Source: Candidatus Gottesmanbacteria bacterium RBG_16_52_11
Lineage (GTDB): Bacteria > Patescibacteriota > Microgenomatia > UBA10105 > UBA927
Assembly: GCA_001779095.1 (NCBI GenBank)
Contig: MFJD01000004.1
Span: 116,876-167,329 of the forward strand
DNA length: 50,454 bases
Reading direction: 5' to 3'
A model generated the notes under the pieces. The model ran no database searches. It was not told the DNA's origin and was given only the letters and a program-made list of their open reading frames with translations. A program made the translations under genes and the position numbers. This document shows, one piece after another, positions 38,178 through 47,406 of this stretch (positions within the stretch are counted from its first letter, which is position 1; each line of letters opens with the position of its first letter).

Positions 38178-38618
38178 ATGAGCGTGATTAAACCGGAAAT
38201 TAGAGAATCGTTCAGCGAAATGAAGACATATAAGGAGGTTGTGGGACCGCTGACTGACAACTGTGTCACGGTACTGACCGGACTGTTTGCCTACCGGAAA
38301 GCCGGGTATACCGATGCGGAAACGCAGCGGGAGCTGGAGGCAGCCAGCCATCAGGTGCAGGGACAGCTTGATGCATACGGGGCAACCATCAGGGGACCGG
38401 TTGAAGATTTCATACACCAGGAACTGGACATCATGTTTCAGACAGCACAGGTCCGCTATGAAAGGCTGTGTGAAGAATGCGGGATAGATGTAAGTGACCC
38501 GATGAGTTATCAGGATGTTTATGAAAAAGCCGGAGAGGACGGATTGCGGACAATCATTATCAGGGATCTGGCCGGCGGTGAATCGGACAAGCTGAGATAC
38601 ATGATGTCGTTCAGGTAA
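38178..38618 (+). CDS. Hypothetical helical protein
   Basis: GGGGGTG SD before ATG, 146 codons. Confidence 0.65.
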   Translation: MSVIKPEIRESFSEMKTYKEVVGPLTDNCVTVLTGLFAYRKAGYTDAETQRELEAASHQVQGQLDAYGATIRGPVEDFIHQELDIMFQTAQVRYERLCEECGIDVSDPMSYQDVYEKAGEDGLRTIIIRDLAGGESDKLRYMMSFR

Positions 38619-38769
38619 GATGCATAAATCCTATGCCGCCCGCGGGTCATTAGTGTTAACAATGTTTGCCCTCCTTCTCCCGATTTGATCGGGATACGGA
38701 GGGCTTAAGAAACAGTAATGCTCTCCGCCGGCTGGCGGATCGTAAACTGTTTCTAAAGGAGGTGAGACT

Positions 38770-39180
38770 ATGCCGAGTAAATTCGAAACTGTTGAGCCGT
38801 CAGAGGAAGAACGTGCCGGACTTGATGCATGGTATGCGTCCCAGCCGCACCGCCTGAGCGACTCGTATCCCGGATGGGCCAGCCGCGGAGTGCTGATCAG
38901 TGCTGATGCCGGCGTATTCCTTTCGGAAATCGCCCGGACAATCCCGCTACCGGATAACCCTGTGAACTATGTTGCCGGAGACGAACTCTGGAAAGGGGGC
39001 CGGCTGAAAGCTTTATCCGATGCGGCAATCACCCGGGGCGCCAGTCCGATAGAAGTGACAATCGCCCATTTCGCCGGTACCCCGGAAGATGCCCGTCAGG
39101 ATCTCTATGATCTGGCTGCTGAAGATCTGACCGGTCCGGAGCGGAAACTCTTAAGGGATACGTTCGGACTTCACGCCTGA
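38770..39180 (+). CDS. Hypothetical protein
   Basis: Strong AAGGAGGTG SD, 136 aa. Confidence 0.7.
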   Translation: MPSKFETVEPSEEERAGLDAWYASQPHRLSDSYPGWASRGVLISADAGVFLSEIARTIPLPDNPVNYVAGDELWKGGRLKALSDAAITRGASPIEVTIAHFAGTPEDARQDLYDLAAEDLTGPERKLLRDTFGLHA

Positions 39181-39199
39181 CAGGGCGGACAGTCTGTAG

Positions 39200-41797
39200 T
39201 TATCGGCGTTTAGCCCGGCGGGATTTAATCCTGACAATCAGGGGATAGGCGATAAGCGATAATGCCACGATGCCCGAGACGGTAAACAGCAGGGTCTTAA
39301 GCGGCATCGGTTGATACCAGACCACTACATCGTGCGAACCCGGATCAGCTATCGGAACCCCGATATGAAACGGGAAAACGGTAATGGGTTTGACGACCTT
39401 GCCGTCAACCGTCGCCCGCCAGTTCGGATGATAAGTCTGCTTGAGAACTACCAGACATTCGCTGCAGCCTTCAGAGACATCGACCCGGGTCCTAAACTGC
39501 ATGTCAGTGTCGACACTCTCCTGGCCGGAAAGCACGGCTTTCGGTCCGTCTCCGGGATAAAGGGGATTGAATTCCCAGATATTCTGACGTTTACCCTGAC
39601 TAGTCAGATACGTCACTTCATCTTTCATCCGGATCAGAGGAACCGGCCAGAGTTGCGGTTTATCCTCATCTCCAAACTGGATTTCCGGATAAAGACCGGC
39701 TTTGGGAATTTCCGACTGAATCCACAGCCTGATTATATTAGCCAGCGAAGTTTTGTCAGACACCACCGTCATACTGCGTCTGCCGACCGTGAAGTATCCG
39801 CTTGACGGGGCACTATAGAGGATCCAGGCGGGAGTACGCTGCATTAGGGTCCAGAAAGGTTGCGGCTTAACCGTTGGGGGTGCCAGGACAAAGCGCAGGT
39901 TATAAAGATCATAGTCCTTGGCCTGGTCTTCGGAAAAATACTGTTCAGTGTCGGAGTTGGGAGACCAGGTTTCCGGCAACCATAAAGCCGTCGGGATTCC
40001 GAATGTGGAGATGTACATGAACATTTCCGTTTCGGCGATATTGAAATCCTTGCCCCAACCGCCGCCGCGACCGGCGAATACCCTTCCCGGCGGCAGATTC
40101 CTGAAGGTTGCGAAAAATGTGTTGATTTCCGGTGCCTGCTTCGCGTAATTTTCGTTGGCCTGGACAATCAGTTTGTCGTTCAGTTCGTTATATTTGATTG
40201 TCTGGCGGTACACGGGAGGCACCAGAAATACGAGGATGGCTCCCAGGGAAACCGCAGTCAGCCATATCGGTGTGGCAGCCTTCCTTGCGCGGGATGTCGG
40301 GTAAAGAAAGAATTTCAGGGTATCGGACAGGATTTGTGACAGGGCATACAGGGCAATGGGGAACAGAAATATCCCGGCGGCATGGAGTCCGACCAGAAAA
40401 CGTGACATGTGAAATTCGCTCATACTGGGAATCATGTCAATCAGTCCGCCCCAGGTACTGCGGCCGAAATACATGAGGAGCCAGAAAAGAAACAGGACCG
40501 AAAATGAAAACAGCGGTCCGGCTGATGCTATGGTTTCGGTTCCGGCGTCTGCCGCGTGCTGGCCTTCTTCGGGCTCCGATGGTTTCTGACCGTTCGACCG
40601 GGTTAACAGGAATACCGGCACAAATGCTCCGATTAAGGCCAGCACAGTCAGAATGGGAAAGCGGCCGAAGTCAAAGAGATTACCGTCGAAAAGCCGTATC
40701 AGCGTTTCCTTCCAGCCGTATGAATTGAATTTCCAGATCGGATCCCAGAAGGAAATATTATGGTAATCGTTTCCGAGAAATGTCGGAATGATCCAGTAGG
40801 ACAGGAAAAAGATAACAGTGCCGCCGAGGAGGGCAATCCTGATCAGGCTGACCGTGGCAGTATCCAGAATTTCCCGGAAATGGTTCTGCCGCAAAAACCG
40901 GACTGTGGCCGGAGTTACGGCAAACACCGCCGCTGAGAGCATAGCCATGACGCCGATACCCAGATGCCCCATGATGGTGGCGGAAAGGAAAACCACCGCC
41001 AGCCAGAAATGTGTTCTGACTGACGTACCATCAATAGTTCCAGCTGACGCTCCGGGACCGTTACCGTTCTTCCCGGCACCGCCTGCGGCTGTTGGTTTAG
41101 GCTGTAGGAACGGTAGGATTGTCCTGACCTGGCGGGATAATTCATAGGTCAGATTTCCGACGAAGGAGCCCGAAACCTCCGACAGATACCTGAAGGCGTA
41201 AGCCAGCGCCAGCGGCAGGAAGATCATCGCGAAGAGCTGGCTGGAGAGTCCCCAGCCGCGCCACAGAAACGACGGCGGATCCAGACCGTACAGTCCGTCG
41301 GTGGATATGTGGGTAGCAAGAAGTGCTGCCGCGCCGGCATAAAGCCAGGGCAGTCCGACTATCCGGATTGCCAGAAATACCGGTATCGGAAACAGGCACA
41401 GGAGAAGGTAGATCACCCAGTGATAAAAGGTGAACAGTGTCATGCCGCCGAGCAGTCCCAAAGCTGAAAGCGCCCGGAAAGAGGCGACTATGGCAATCTG
41501 GGGTATATGGCTGTAATAGAAAGGCAGATTATACCCCTGGGCCCAGTTACTGACCCAGTGGTCGGCCATGTAAGAGAAGTGGCAGACCGGGAAGTCAATC
41601 CGCCCGGAGCACTTGCGGGAAGCGTAATCCCATATCTGGTTGGAGCGGTCCACGAGGGCAAACTGGAAATTATTGTCGTTGGGATCGACCTGAACCGTCG
41701 GTTCCAGCCGGTAAAGGTTCAGGTTGAACCATACGGCATAAATCAGTAGCCCCAGGGCTAGCAGGAAGTCAAGTTTTTTTATGAATCCGAGTTTCAT
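39200..41797 (-). CDS. YfhO-like / GT-C membrane protein
   Basis: DPNDN loop, WVSNWAQGYNLPFYY, C-terminal KQTYHPNWRATVDG YfhO-like motif. Confidence 0.75.
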   Translation of the reverse strand: MKLGFIKKLDFLLALGLLIYAVWFNLNLYRLEPTVQVDPNDNNFQFALVDRSNQIWDYASRKCSGRIDFPVCHFSYMADHWVSNWAQGYNLPFYYSHIPQIAIVASFRALSALGLLGGMTLFTFYHWVIYLLLCLFPIPVFLAIRIVGLPWLYAGAAALLATHISTDGLYGLDPPSFLWRGWGLSSQLFAMIFLPLALAYAFRYLSEVSGSFVGNLTYELSRQVRTILPFLQPKPTAAGGAGKNGNGPGASAGTIDGTSVRTHFWLAVVFLSATIMGHLGIGVMAMLSAAVFAVTPATVRFLRQNHFREILDTATVSLIRIALLGGTVIFFLSYWIIPTFLGNDYHNISFWDPIWKFNSYGWKETLIRLFDGNLFDFGRFPILTVLALIGAFVPVFLLTRSNGQKPSEPEEGQHAADAGTETIASAGPLFSFSVLFLFWLLMYFGRSTWGGLIDMIPSMSEFHMSRFLVGLHAAGIFLFPIALYALSQILSDTLKFFLYPTSRARKAATPIWLTAVSLGAILVFLVPPVYRQTIKYNELNDKLIVQANENYAKQAPEINTFFATFRNLPPGRVFAGRGGGWGKDFNIAETEMFMYISTFGIPTALWLPETWSPNSDTEQYFSEDQAKDYDLYNLRFVLAPPTVKPQPFWTLMQRTPAWILYSAPSSGYFTVGRRSMTVVSDKTSLANIIRLWIQSEIPKAGLYPEIQFGDEDKPQLWPVPLIRMKDEVTYLTSQGKRQNIWEFNPLYPGDGPKAVLSGQESVDTDMQFRTRVDVSEGCSECLVVLKQTYHPNWRATVDGKVVKPITVFPFHIGVPIADPGSHDVVVWYQPMPLKTLLFTVSGIVALSLIAYPLIVRIKSRRAKRR

Positions 41798-41896
41798 ATT
41801 TAGTATTAAGATTCGCGATTTATGATTCAGGATTTACGATTTAGACAATCAGGATCAATCTTCTTCTTAAATCTTAAATCTTACATCATAAATATT
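41798..41896. repeat. Heptamer-repeat palindrome (GATTTAN x5 / NTAAATC x4)
   Basis: Arms at 41810-41844 and 41867-41894. Confidence 0.8.
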
Positions 41897-41901
41897 TGTT
41901 G

Positions 41902-43848
41902 TTACGGCCATAATTTCGCATTCAGCCAATCGGTATGGTCATCGTTAATTCCGTCTTTGGCGTCGTTGGTAACCAGGCCCAGAAATTTAACCCCGGTAAT
42001 GTCTACCTCGACATGCCGCGGGTAATCATACCTGCCGATCGGATCGGATATAAAGAGTGCTTTATCGTCACCATATATTTCGAAGGTAGCCGTACCTTTG
42101 CTTCCGGCTTCCGTATCGATACCGTAGTCGGTGGTGAATTTTGTGAACATCCCATTGACATGGAACTGGTGATAGCTTCTGGCATGGGTACCGATACCGT
42201 GTTTATAAAAGGAATACTGAACTGACAGCGGATTCCAGGCATTAATTCCGTTAAATGAGTTGACCGACATATTGGTCTGGCGTTTGCCGTACTCCTGCTG
42301 GCTGATGATGGGCGTAAGCTCGGTAATTAATACCGGCTTCTTCGTCAGCAGTATGAAATTCGGTTTGGCAAGCATGGCGGCAACGAAGACAACCGGAATC
42401 AAAAGAATCGCCTTGGGCAGGTGACGGAACGCGGCATACAAAAATGCGGCAAAAAGGGCCAATTGGAGATAGGATGCGCCGATAGTCCAGGGCGGGGAAA
42501 TCAGATCTTTCAGAAACGGCAGCCCGTTTAAGGGGTAGTTAAACACCAGCGCGGTATGGAGGTTATAGAAGTAAATCAGCGAAAAAACGATATAAAACAG
42601 GACCGAGCGGGTGAATAAATCAGTCGACAGAATCCGCTCCCGTTCTTTACTTGTCGTTGCAGCATACAGGAAAAAGGAAATCCACAGGGGGATATAAAGA
42701 ACCAGAGGAAATGCGTACCTGTCATGGGATTCGGTCTGGAACAGGAAAAATGAGGCAGCCACGATGATGATGGCGGTAAAGAACCGGTAAAGATGCGTCC
42801 GGGTATCCGAGAGAGAACTGACCTTAACGTTGTTTTTAAACATCCGGACCAGCGTATCCTTGACCATGACCAGGACTGCCAGCAGGTAGCCGGAGGAAAA
42901 CAGCATGAGGCCGACAGTTTTGGCATTGACGATGCCGACAGTCGAAAACTTGTCCAGCGTCTTCATGCCGGCCGCCTTTGCCACTATCCACCACAGGTTG
43001 AAGGCGTTCAGGGACATAAACGGAAAGTAATCGTAATTGACCGTCAGTGACTCAAATACCAGGCGCATTTCCCGGGCCAGGAAAAATTCGATATTCAGGC
43101 CGACGAATGCGGTAATAGTGCCCGCGACTGCCCTGACCAAACCCCGGAATCCCATCAGCTGCCAGAGAAGGACGAAAAATACCGGTCCGTAAATCATATT
43201 CTGCAGTTTAGTCATCATGGATGCCATAAATATGAATCCGGCCAGAAACGGCATCCGTTTCAGCATGACGATCAGGGCTACCAGGTAAACCAGAACGCCG
43301 ACGCTGTCCACCTGACCCCACCAGGCGCCGTCAATGATGGTAATCGGATTTAACAGGTAGGCCGCTGCAATCAGGGCATAAAAACCGAAGGGAAGGGGAG
43401 GGAATCCGGATTTTGAGTCCTTCCGCTGGGCTGATTTGCCTACCCAGAGAATGATGCCGAAAATGGCAAAATCCGACAGTACGGCCGGCAGCTTGCTGAT
43501 GGTCAGGAAGATGATGTTGGCGTTATTCCAGTATTCATAGAAATTGTGCGGATCGGCAAAGATACTGTAGACCCGGGTCATCATTCCCAGCACATAGGCA
43601 AACGCCGTCGGATAATTATTGTTGGTATTCTTGATGCTCCAGACTATGCCGTGGTCGAACTGGGCGAGCCCCCAGGATTTCCAGAAGGAAACGTCAGCTT
43701 CGAAGCCGGGATTGGGAAGGAGTACCAGCCGGACGATAAGTCCGACGAAAAAGGTGCCGATTAAAAATGCGGCAGTGTTTTTTTCAATAAACCCGATGAG
43801 CCTTTCAAGCGGGGGCAGGACTGCTTGGGTCTCGTCCATGAGCATCAT
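41902..43848 (-). CDS. GT-C membrane glycosyltransferase fused to an NPCBM/NEW2 carbohydrate-binding domain
   Basis: EAD loop, NYP, WWGQVDS, HDRY, and C-terminal GIGTHA...FEIYGDDK...DHTDWLNAKL (NPCBM). Confidence 0.8.
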   Translation of the reverse strand: MMLMDETQAVLPPLERLIGFIEKNTAAFLIGTFFVGLIVRLVLLPNPGFEADVSFWKSWGLAQFDHGIVWSIKNTNNNYPTAFAYVLGMMTRVYSIFADPHNFYEYWNNANIIFLTISKLPAVLSDFAIFGIILWVGKSAQRKDSKSGFPPLPFGFYALIAAAYLLNPITIIDGAWWGQVDSVGVLVYLVALIVMLKRMPFLAGFIFMASMMTKLQNMIYGPVFFVLLWQLMGFRGLVRAVAGTITAFVGLNIEFFLAREMRLVFESLTVNYDYFPFMSLNAFNLWWIVAKAAGMKTLDKFSTVGIVNAKTVGLMLFSSGYLLAVLVMVKDTLVRMFKNNVKVSSLSDTRTHLYRFFTAIIIVAASFFLFQTESHDRYAFPLVLYIPLWISFFLYAATTSKERERILSTDLFTRSVLFYIVFSLIYFYNLHTALVFNYPLNGLPFLKDLISPPWTIGASYLQLALFAAFLYAAFRHLPKAILLIPVVFVAAMLAKPNFILLTKKPVLITELTPIISQQEYGKRQTNMSVNSFNGINAWNPLSVQYSFYKHGIGTHARSYHQFHVNGMFTKFTTDYGIDTEAGSKGTATFEIYGDDKALFISDPIGRYDYPRHVEVDITGVKFLGLVTNDAKDGINDDHTDWLNAKLWP

Positions 43849-43895
43849 TTAAACAAATATCAGGCGAAAAGACAACGGTCCGGCGCCGGAAAAAA

Positions 43896-43937
43896 TGCTG
43901 CGGGGCCTCACATAAGGGTCGGAAAAGACCCCGCAGC
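43896..43937 (-). terminator. Terminator-like hairpin after 43950..44507
   Basis: GCTGCGGGG / CCCCGCAGC stem with a T tract on the minus strand. Confidence 0.55.
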
Positions 43938-43949
43938 TTTCGGATATGT

Positions 43950-44507
43950 CTACATTCTCCGGCTCCGCCTGAATCGGACGGCATAGAGAAGTTTCTCCAG
44001 GCCGCCTGCCAGGCAGACTCCGTTAATGAACTGGACGACAACCGTAGGCTGTATGCCGGACCATACATACCTGCTCCAGAAACAGTCAACCAGGTAAAAC
44101 CTGACCGCGGATTTTTCCGGGAACCGGATACTGGGAACGGCTTTTCCTTCAGGGCTGAGAATTACCGGCATCGGGTATCCGATCCGTCCGGGCGGCGTGA
44201 AAGCCGTCCATTCGGAGGATTCCTCATGACGGGCCAGTTCCAGCATGAAAACCGTGTGTTCGGTCCAGAACTGCCGCTTGCGGCGGAATGCTCCGGCCCA
44301 GACAATCCGTTCTGCCTGACGGCCAAGGCATCCTGCCTGACGGCCAAGCTCCAGGTACTGCAGATCCGTCAGCTGGTAATGCGGATCGGATATTACCGGT
44401 ACCTGTATCACAACACCGGTCAGGTCGATCGTTCCTTCAGCTTGGCGCCAATAGACCTGCGGGGCGTCTTCGTTCAGAGAACTGAGATCGGGTAATGTAA
44501 AAAACAC
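43950..44507 (-). CDS. Hypothetical protein
   Basis: GTG start with AAAGGA SD, upstream TTGCAC-16 nt-TATAAT promoter. Confidence 0.6.
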   Translation of the reverse strand: MFFTLPDLSSLNEDAPQVYWRQAEGTIDLTGVVIQVPVISDPHYQLTDLQYLELGRQAGCLGRQAERIVWAGAFRRKRQFWTEHTVFMLELARHEESSEWTAFTPPGRIGYPMPVILSPEGKAVPSIRFPEKSAVRFYLVDCFWSRYVWSGIQPTVVVQFINGVCLAGGLEKLLYAVRFRRSRRM

Positions 44508-44611
44508 GGGTTCAGATCCTTTCTGCTCTTAAATAGCCTTATACTCGTATCCGAAGAACACAATTATATACAATCCGGATTTGAGTGCAAGAAGAACAAA
44601 GAGTGGAAGCT

Positions 44612-45373
44612 TTACTGTTGTGCCGGTGTGTTCTGAACCGGCGGAGAGGTGGGCGCCGCAGCGGCTCCTGTCCATGAGAACGTGTCTACTATCCGGTCAA
44701 AAACGGCACTGTCGAGCCAGCCGTTGCCGAAGCGGACCATAAGGTCAGGGCGCCCCGGAATTTCAAAAAATACATCATCGTTCGGAGTCTGATCGGCGGT
44801 GTTGATGAATTTGGCTTTATAACCCCTCATACCTTTGGAATTGGTAAATTCTTCAACCGATTTAACACCCTTGAGCCCTCCGGAATACTGCTTCCACCAG
44901 TTGGACACGTATTCACGCTTCGGTTTGCTGATGTAGGCGGCCATTTCGGGTTCGGTAGTATTCAGATTGTTTACCCGGAAGATGATATTGTTCTGCGGCG
45001 GATTACCTGCCCAGGCATAGCCCAGCGATTCCGAAGGATCCTTCGGGAAAGCGACGATTTCGAGTGTTTCGGGGTAGGAAAACGTAAACGGAAAAACGGA
45101 TCCGGAATAATTCTTCCAGGCGGTCGACTCCGAGACAGTGAATTTCTGCGGAGCCTGAGCCGGCGGGGGCTGCTGCGGAGCTTCGGAGGGACCCAGATAA
45201 GTGGTGCCACCGGGCAGCACCGTAGTTCCGGAGCGCTTTTTAGCGTAGGAATAGGCGCCAACCGTGATGACGGTCAGCACTACAACCGCAGCCAGGGCGA
45301 TGACACCGATCCGGACGTAATTTTCACTGCCGATAATTTCCGCACCTTCCGGTGAACCGCCCTCATCGCTCAT
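44612..45373 (-). CDS. Membrane-anchored extracellular protein (PsbP-like domain)
   Basis: Single TM, Pro linker, WKNYS...FTFSYP and FDRIVDTFSW motifs. Confidence 0.75.
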   Translation of the reverse strand: MSDEGGSPEGAEIIGSENYVRIGVIALAAVVVLTVITVGAYSYAKKRSGTTVLPGGTTYLGPSEAPQQPPPAQAPQKFTVSESTAWKNYSGSVFPFTFSYPETLEIVAFPKDPSESLGYAWAGNPPQNNIIFRVNNLNTTEPEMAAYISKPKREYVSNWWKQYSGGLKGVKSVEEFTNSKGMRGYKAKFINTADQTPNDDVFFEIPGRPDLMVRFGNGWLDSAVFDRIVDTFSWTGAAAAPTSPPVQNTPAQQ

Positions 45374-45418
45374 AGGCCTTTAGACTAACAACCGATGATT
45401 AGGATGTCAAGTTATAGC

Positions 45419-45534
45419 GATGATTTATGATTTACGAATTACGATTTACTAAAATGAATAATGAATTATGAATTCGAATATTAGGTTGAGCTCAGTTTAT
45501 ATTCGTAATTTTTCATTCGTACTTCGTCATTCAT
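45419..45534. repeat. Heptamer-repeat palindrome (GA(T/A)TTAN / NTNATTC)
   Basis: GATTTAT GATTTAC GAATTAC GATTTAC ... GAATAAT GAATTAT against GTAATTT TTCATTC GTACTTC GTCATTC. Confidence 0.8.
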
Positions 45535-45539
45535 CTGGT

Positions 45540-47228
45540 TTACCGTGCCATTTGGACCGTAAAGTTCTGTACTGAGTTGTCGGCGGAAAAGGCATAAATC
45601 CCAGCTTCAAGTCTAACGGGTCCGGCTGATACCGGCCTGCCGTTAACCGTAAGATCTGCTTCCGGCGGACTGACGGCAATGGTATAGGATTCCGCAATTA
45701 CGATGTCGAATGATGTTGCGGGTACCGGGGATACCAGCTGTTTTTCCATATCATACCAGTGGCAGGTGCCGGCGCTGCAGGCAAACCATGATCCGGGGGT
45801 ATAGAGTTTCCAGATCCGGGACGGCAGGTAATGGGTTTTGAGAAACCTGAGGTCATCGGGCAATGGCTTCCAGAGTGATACGCCGGTGCGGTCGAGGATG
45901 ACGAATCTGGTCTGACTGGCTATCAGGGACTCCCGCAAGGAAACCGGTTTAGTTGAGAGAAGGTGTACGAATTCGGCGTAAGGATGACAGCAGATGATAT
46001 ACCCGTCCGGACGGAATACGTAAGAGCCTACCATGTCGTAGAAAGTTTCGTCCGGGCGGGAGACTGAAAGTACGGCTTCGATCACGCCCATCTGCTCGTC
46101 ATTGGTATTGCCGGACGCGACCCTTTCCTGATACTGGATCCGGAAGGATGCGGTCAGAACGGTTAACAGCGTCAGAAGTAATGCCAGTGACAGCGCCGGA
46201 CTTAACCGGTTCCGGACCAGATTTAAAAGGTCCGCTATTGCCGAAGCCGCCAGCATTGATGCAAACAGCGACAGCGGCAGGAAGTACTGAAGGTATGGAG
46301 CCGGGAATCCGAAAAGGAAAATGACACCCCCGAGATAGTAAAGTCCCAGGAAATTGGCGAAGCGCCGGTGTTTCCGGAAAAGTCCGAATAATCCGGCGGC
46401 GGCGAGTGTCCAGAGCCCGCTGTTGACGTACCAGGGGAAGCTGGGTCCGCCGGCATGAACATACACCAGAGGCCAGGGTGAGAGTGCTTTCCACGGCGAA
46501 AAAGCCTGCTTACCGGCGTTGACGGCAACACTATCCCGCAGAACCGCAGTAAAGGCAGCACCCGTCAGGTTGGTGGCGGAGAGGTATCCGGCAAAAATAA
46601 CTACCGGCACAAGAGCACCGGCGAGCACGTAACCCAGGCGCTTCAGAATTCCTTTCGGATGCGACATAATACCCAACAGAAAAATAGCCGGAACGGCAAA
46701 AACGATTTTCGGCAGGAGCAGGATGCCGGTTGATAAGCTGATGCCGGATAACACCAGCGCCCGCCGGTTTTTCCCGGATTCAAGAATCAGGAAAACCGCT
46801 ACCAGATAGAGAAGCATCATCAGCATGTCCGGCCGGATATCGACGGTCTTGTCGAAATTCATGGGGAAAGCGGCAAATATGGCCGCTGATAAAAGTCCGG
46901 TGAAGTGCGACCGGGTCACCTGCCGGGTGATCCGGTACAGGAGGAACGCGGAAGCGCCGAGGACTGCGAACTGCCAGATCCGAATCAGTATCAGCACCGC
47001 TCCATCGGGCGGGAGCCAGAAAAAGGGCACCATGGACCACTGGAAGAACGGGGTAATATAGTAAAAGAAATCCCGGTACGGAAGCTTCCCATGGGCAATC
47101 AACCAGGCCCAGTGCAGGTGGGCGAACTCATCCGAATCGAAATACCGCACGAAGGAGACATGCAGCCGCATGAGGGCAACCAAAGCCAATGATACCAGCA
47201 CCGGCAGTTCCGGTCTGAATCTCTGCAT
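45540..47228 (-). CDS. PMT/ArnT-like GT-C glycosyltransferase
   Basis: FDSDEFAHLH, PYRDFF, IRPD motifs. Start uncertain (47228 or 47240). Confidence 0.8.
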   Translation of the reverse strand: MQRFRPELPVLVSLALVALMRLHVSFVRYFDSDEFAHLHWAWLIAHGKLPYRDFFYYITPFFQWSMVPFFWLPPDGAVLILIRIWQFAVLGASAFLLYRITRQVTRSHFTGLLSAAIFAAFPMNFDKTVDIRPDMLMMLLYLVAVFLILESGKNRRALVLSGISLSTGILLLPKIVFAVPAIFLLGIMSHPKGILKRLGYVLAGALVPVVIFAGYLSATNLTGAAFTAVLRDSVAVNAGKQAFSPWKALSPWPLVYVHAGGPSFPWYVNSGLWTLAAAGLFGLFRKHRRFANFLGLYYLGGVIFLFGFPAPYLQYFLPLSLFASMLAASAIADLLNLVRNRLSPALSLALLLTLLTVLTASFRIQYQERVASGNTNDEQMGVIEAVLSVSRPDETFYDMVGSYVFRPDGYIICCHPYAEFVHLLSTKPVSLRESLIASQTRFVILDRTGVSLWKPLPDDLRFLKTHYLPSRIWKLYTPGSWFACSAGTCHWYDMEKQLVSPVPATSFDIVIAESYTIAVSPPEADLTVNGRPVSAGPVRLEAGIYAFSADNSVQNFTVQMAR

Positions 47229-47406
47229 ATTCCCGTCCATGCTATGAAATTTCGGGGCGTCCCGCAACCGACACCGCAGGAAGCGGCCTGACGGCACTGA
47301 TGATTACGGTTTTCCGGTAAGATCCCCCGAAAACCTGATCCATCCGGTGTCCCTTTACAAACTTGGGGATATGCGTACACTGGAGGATGAAAAACAGCAG
47401 GATTCT

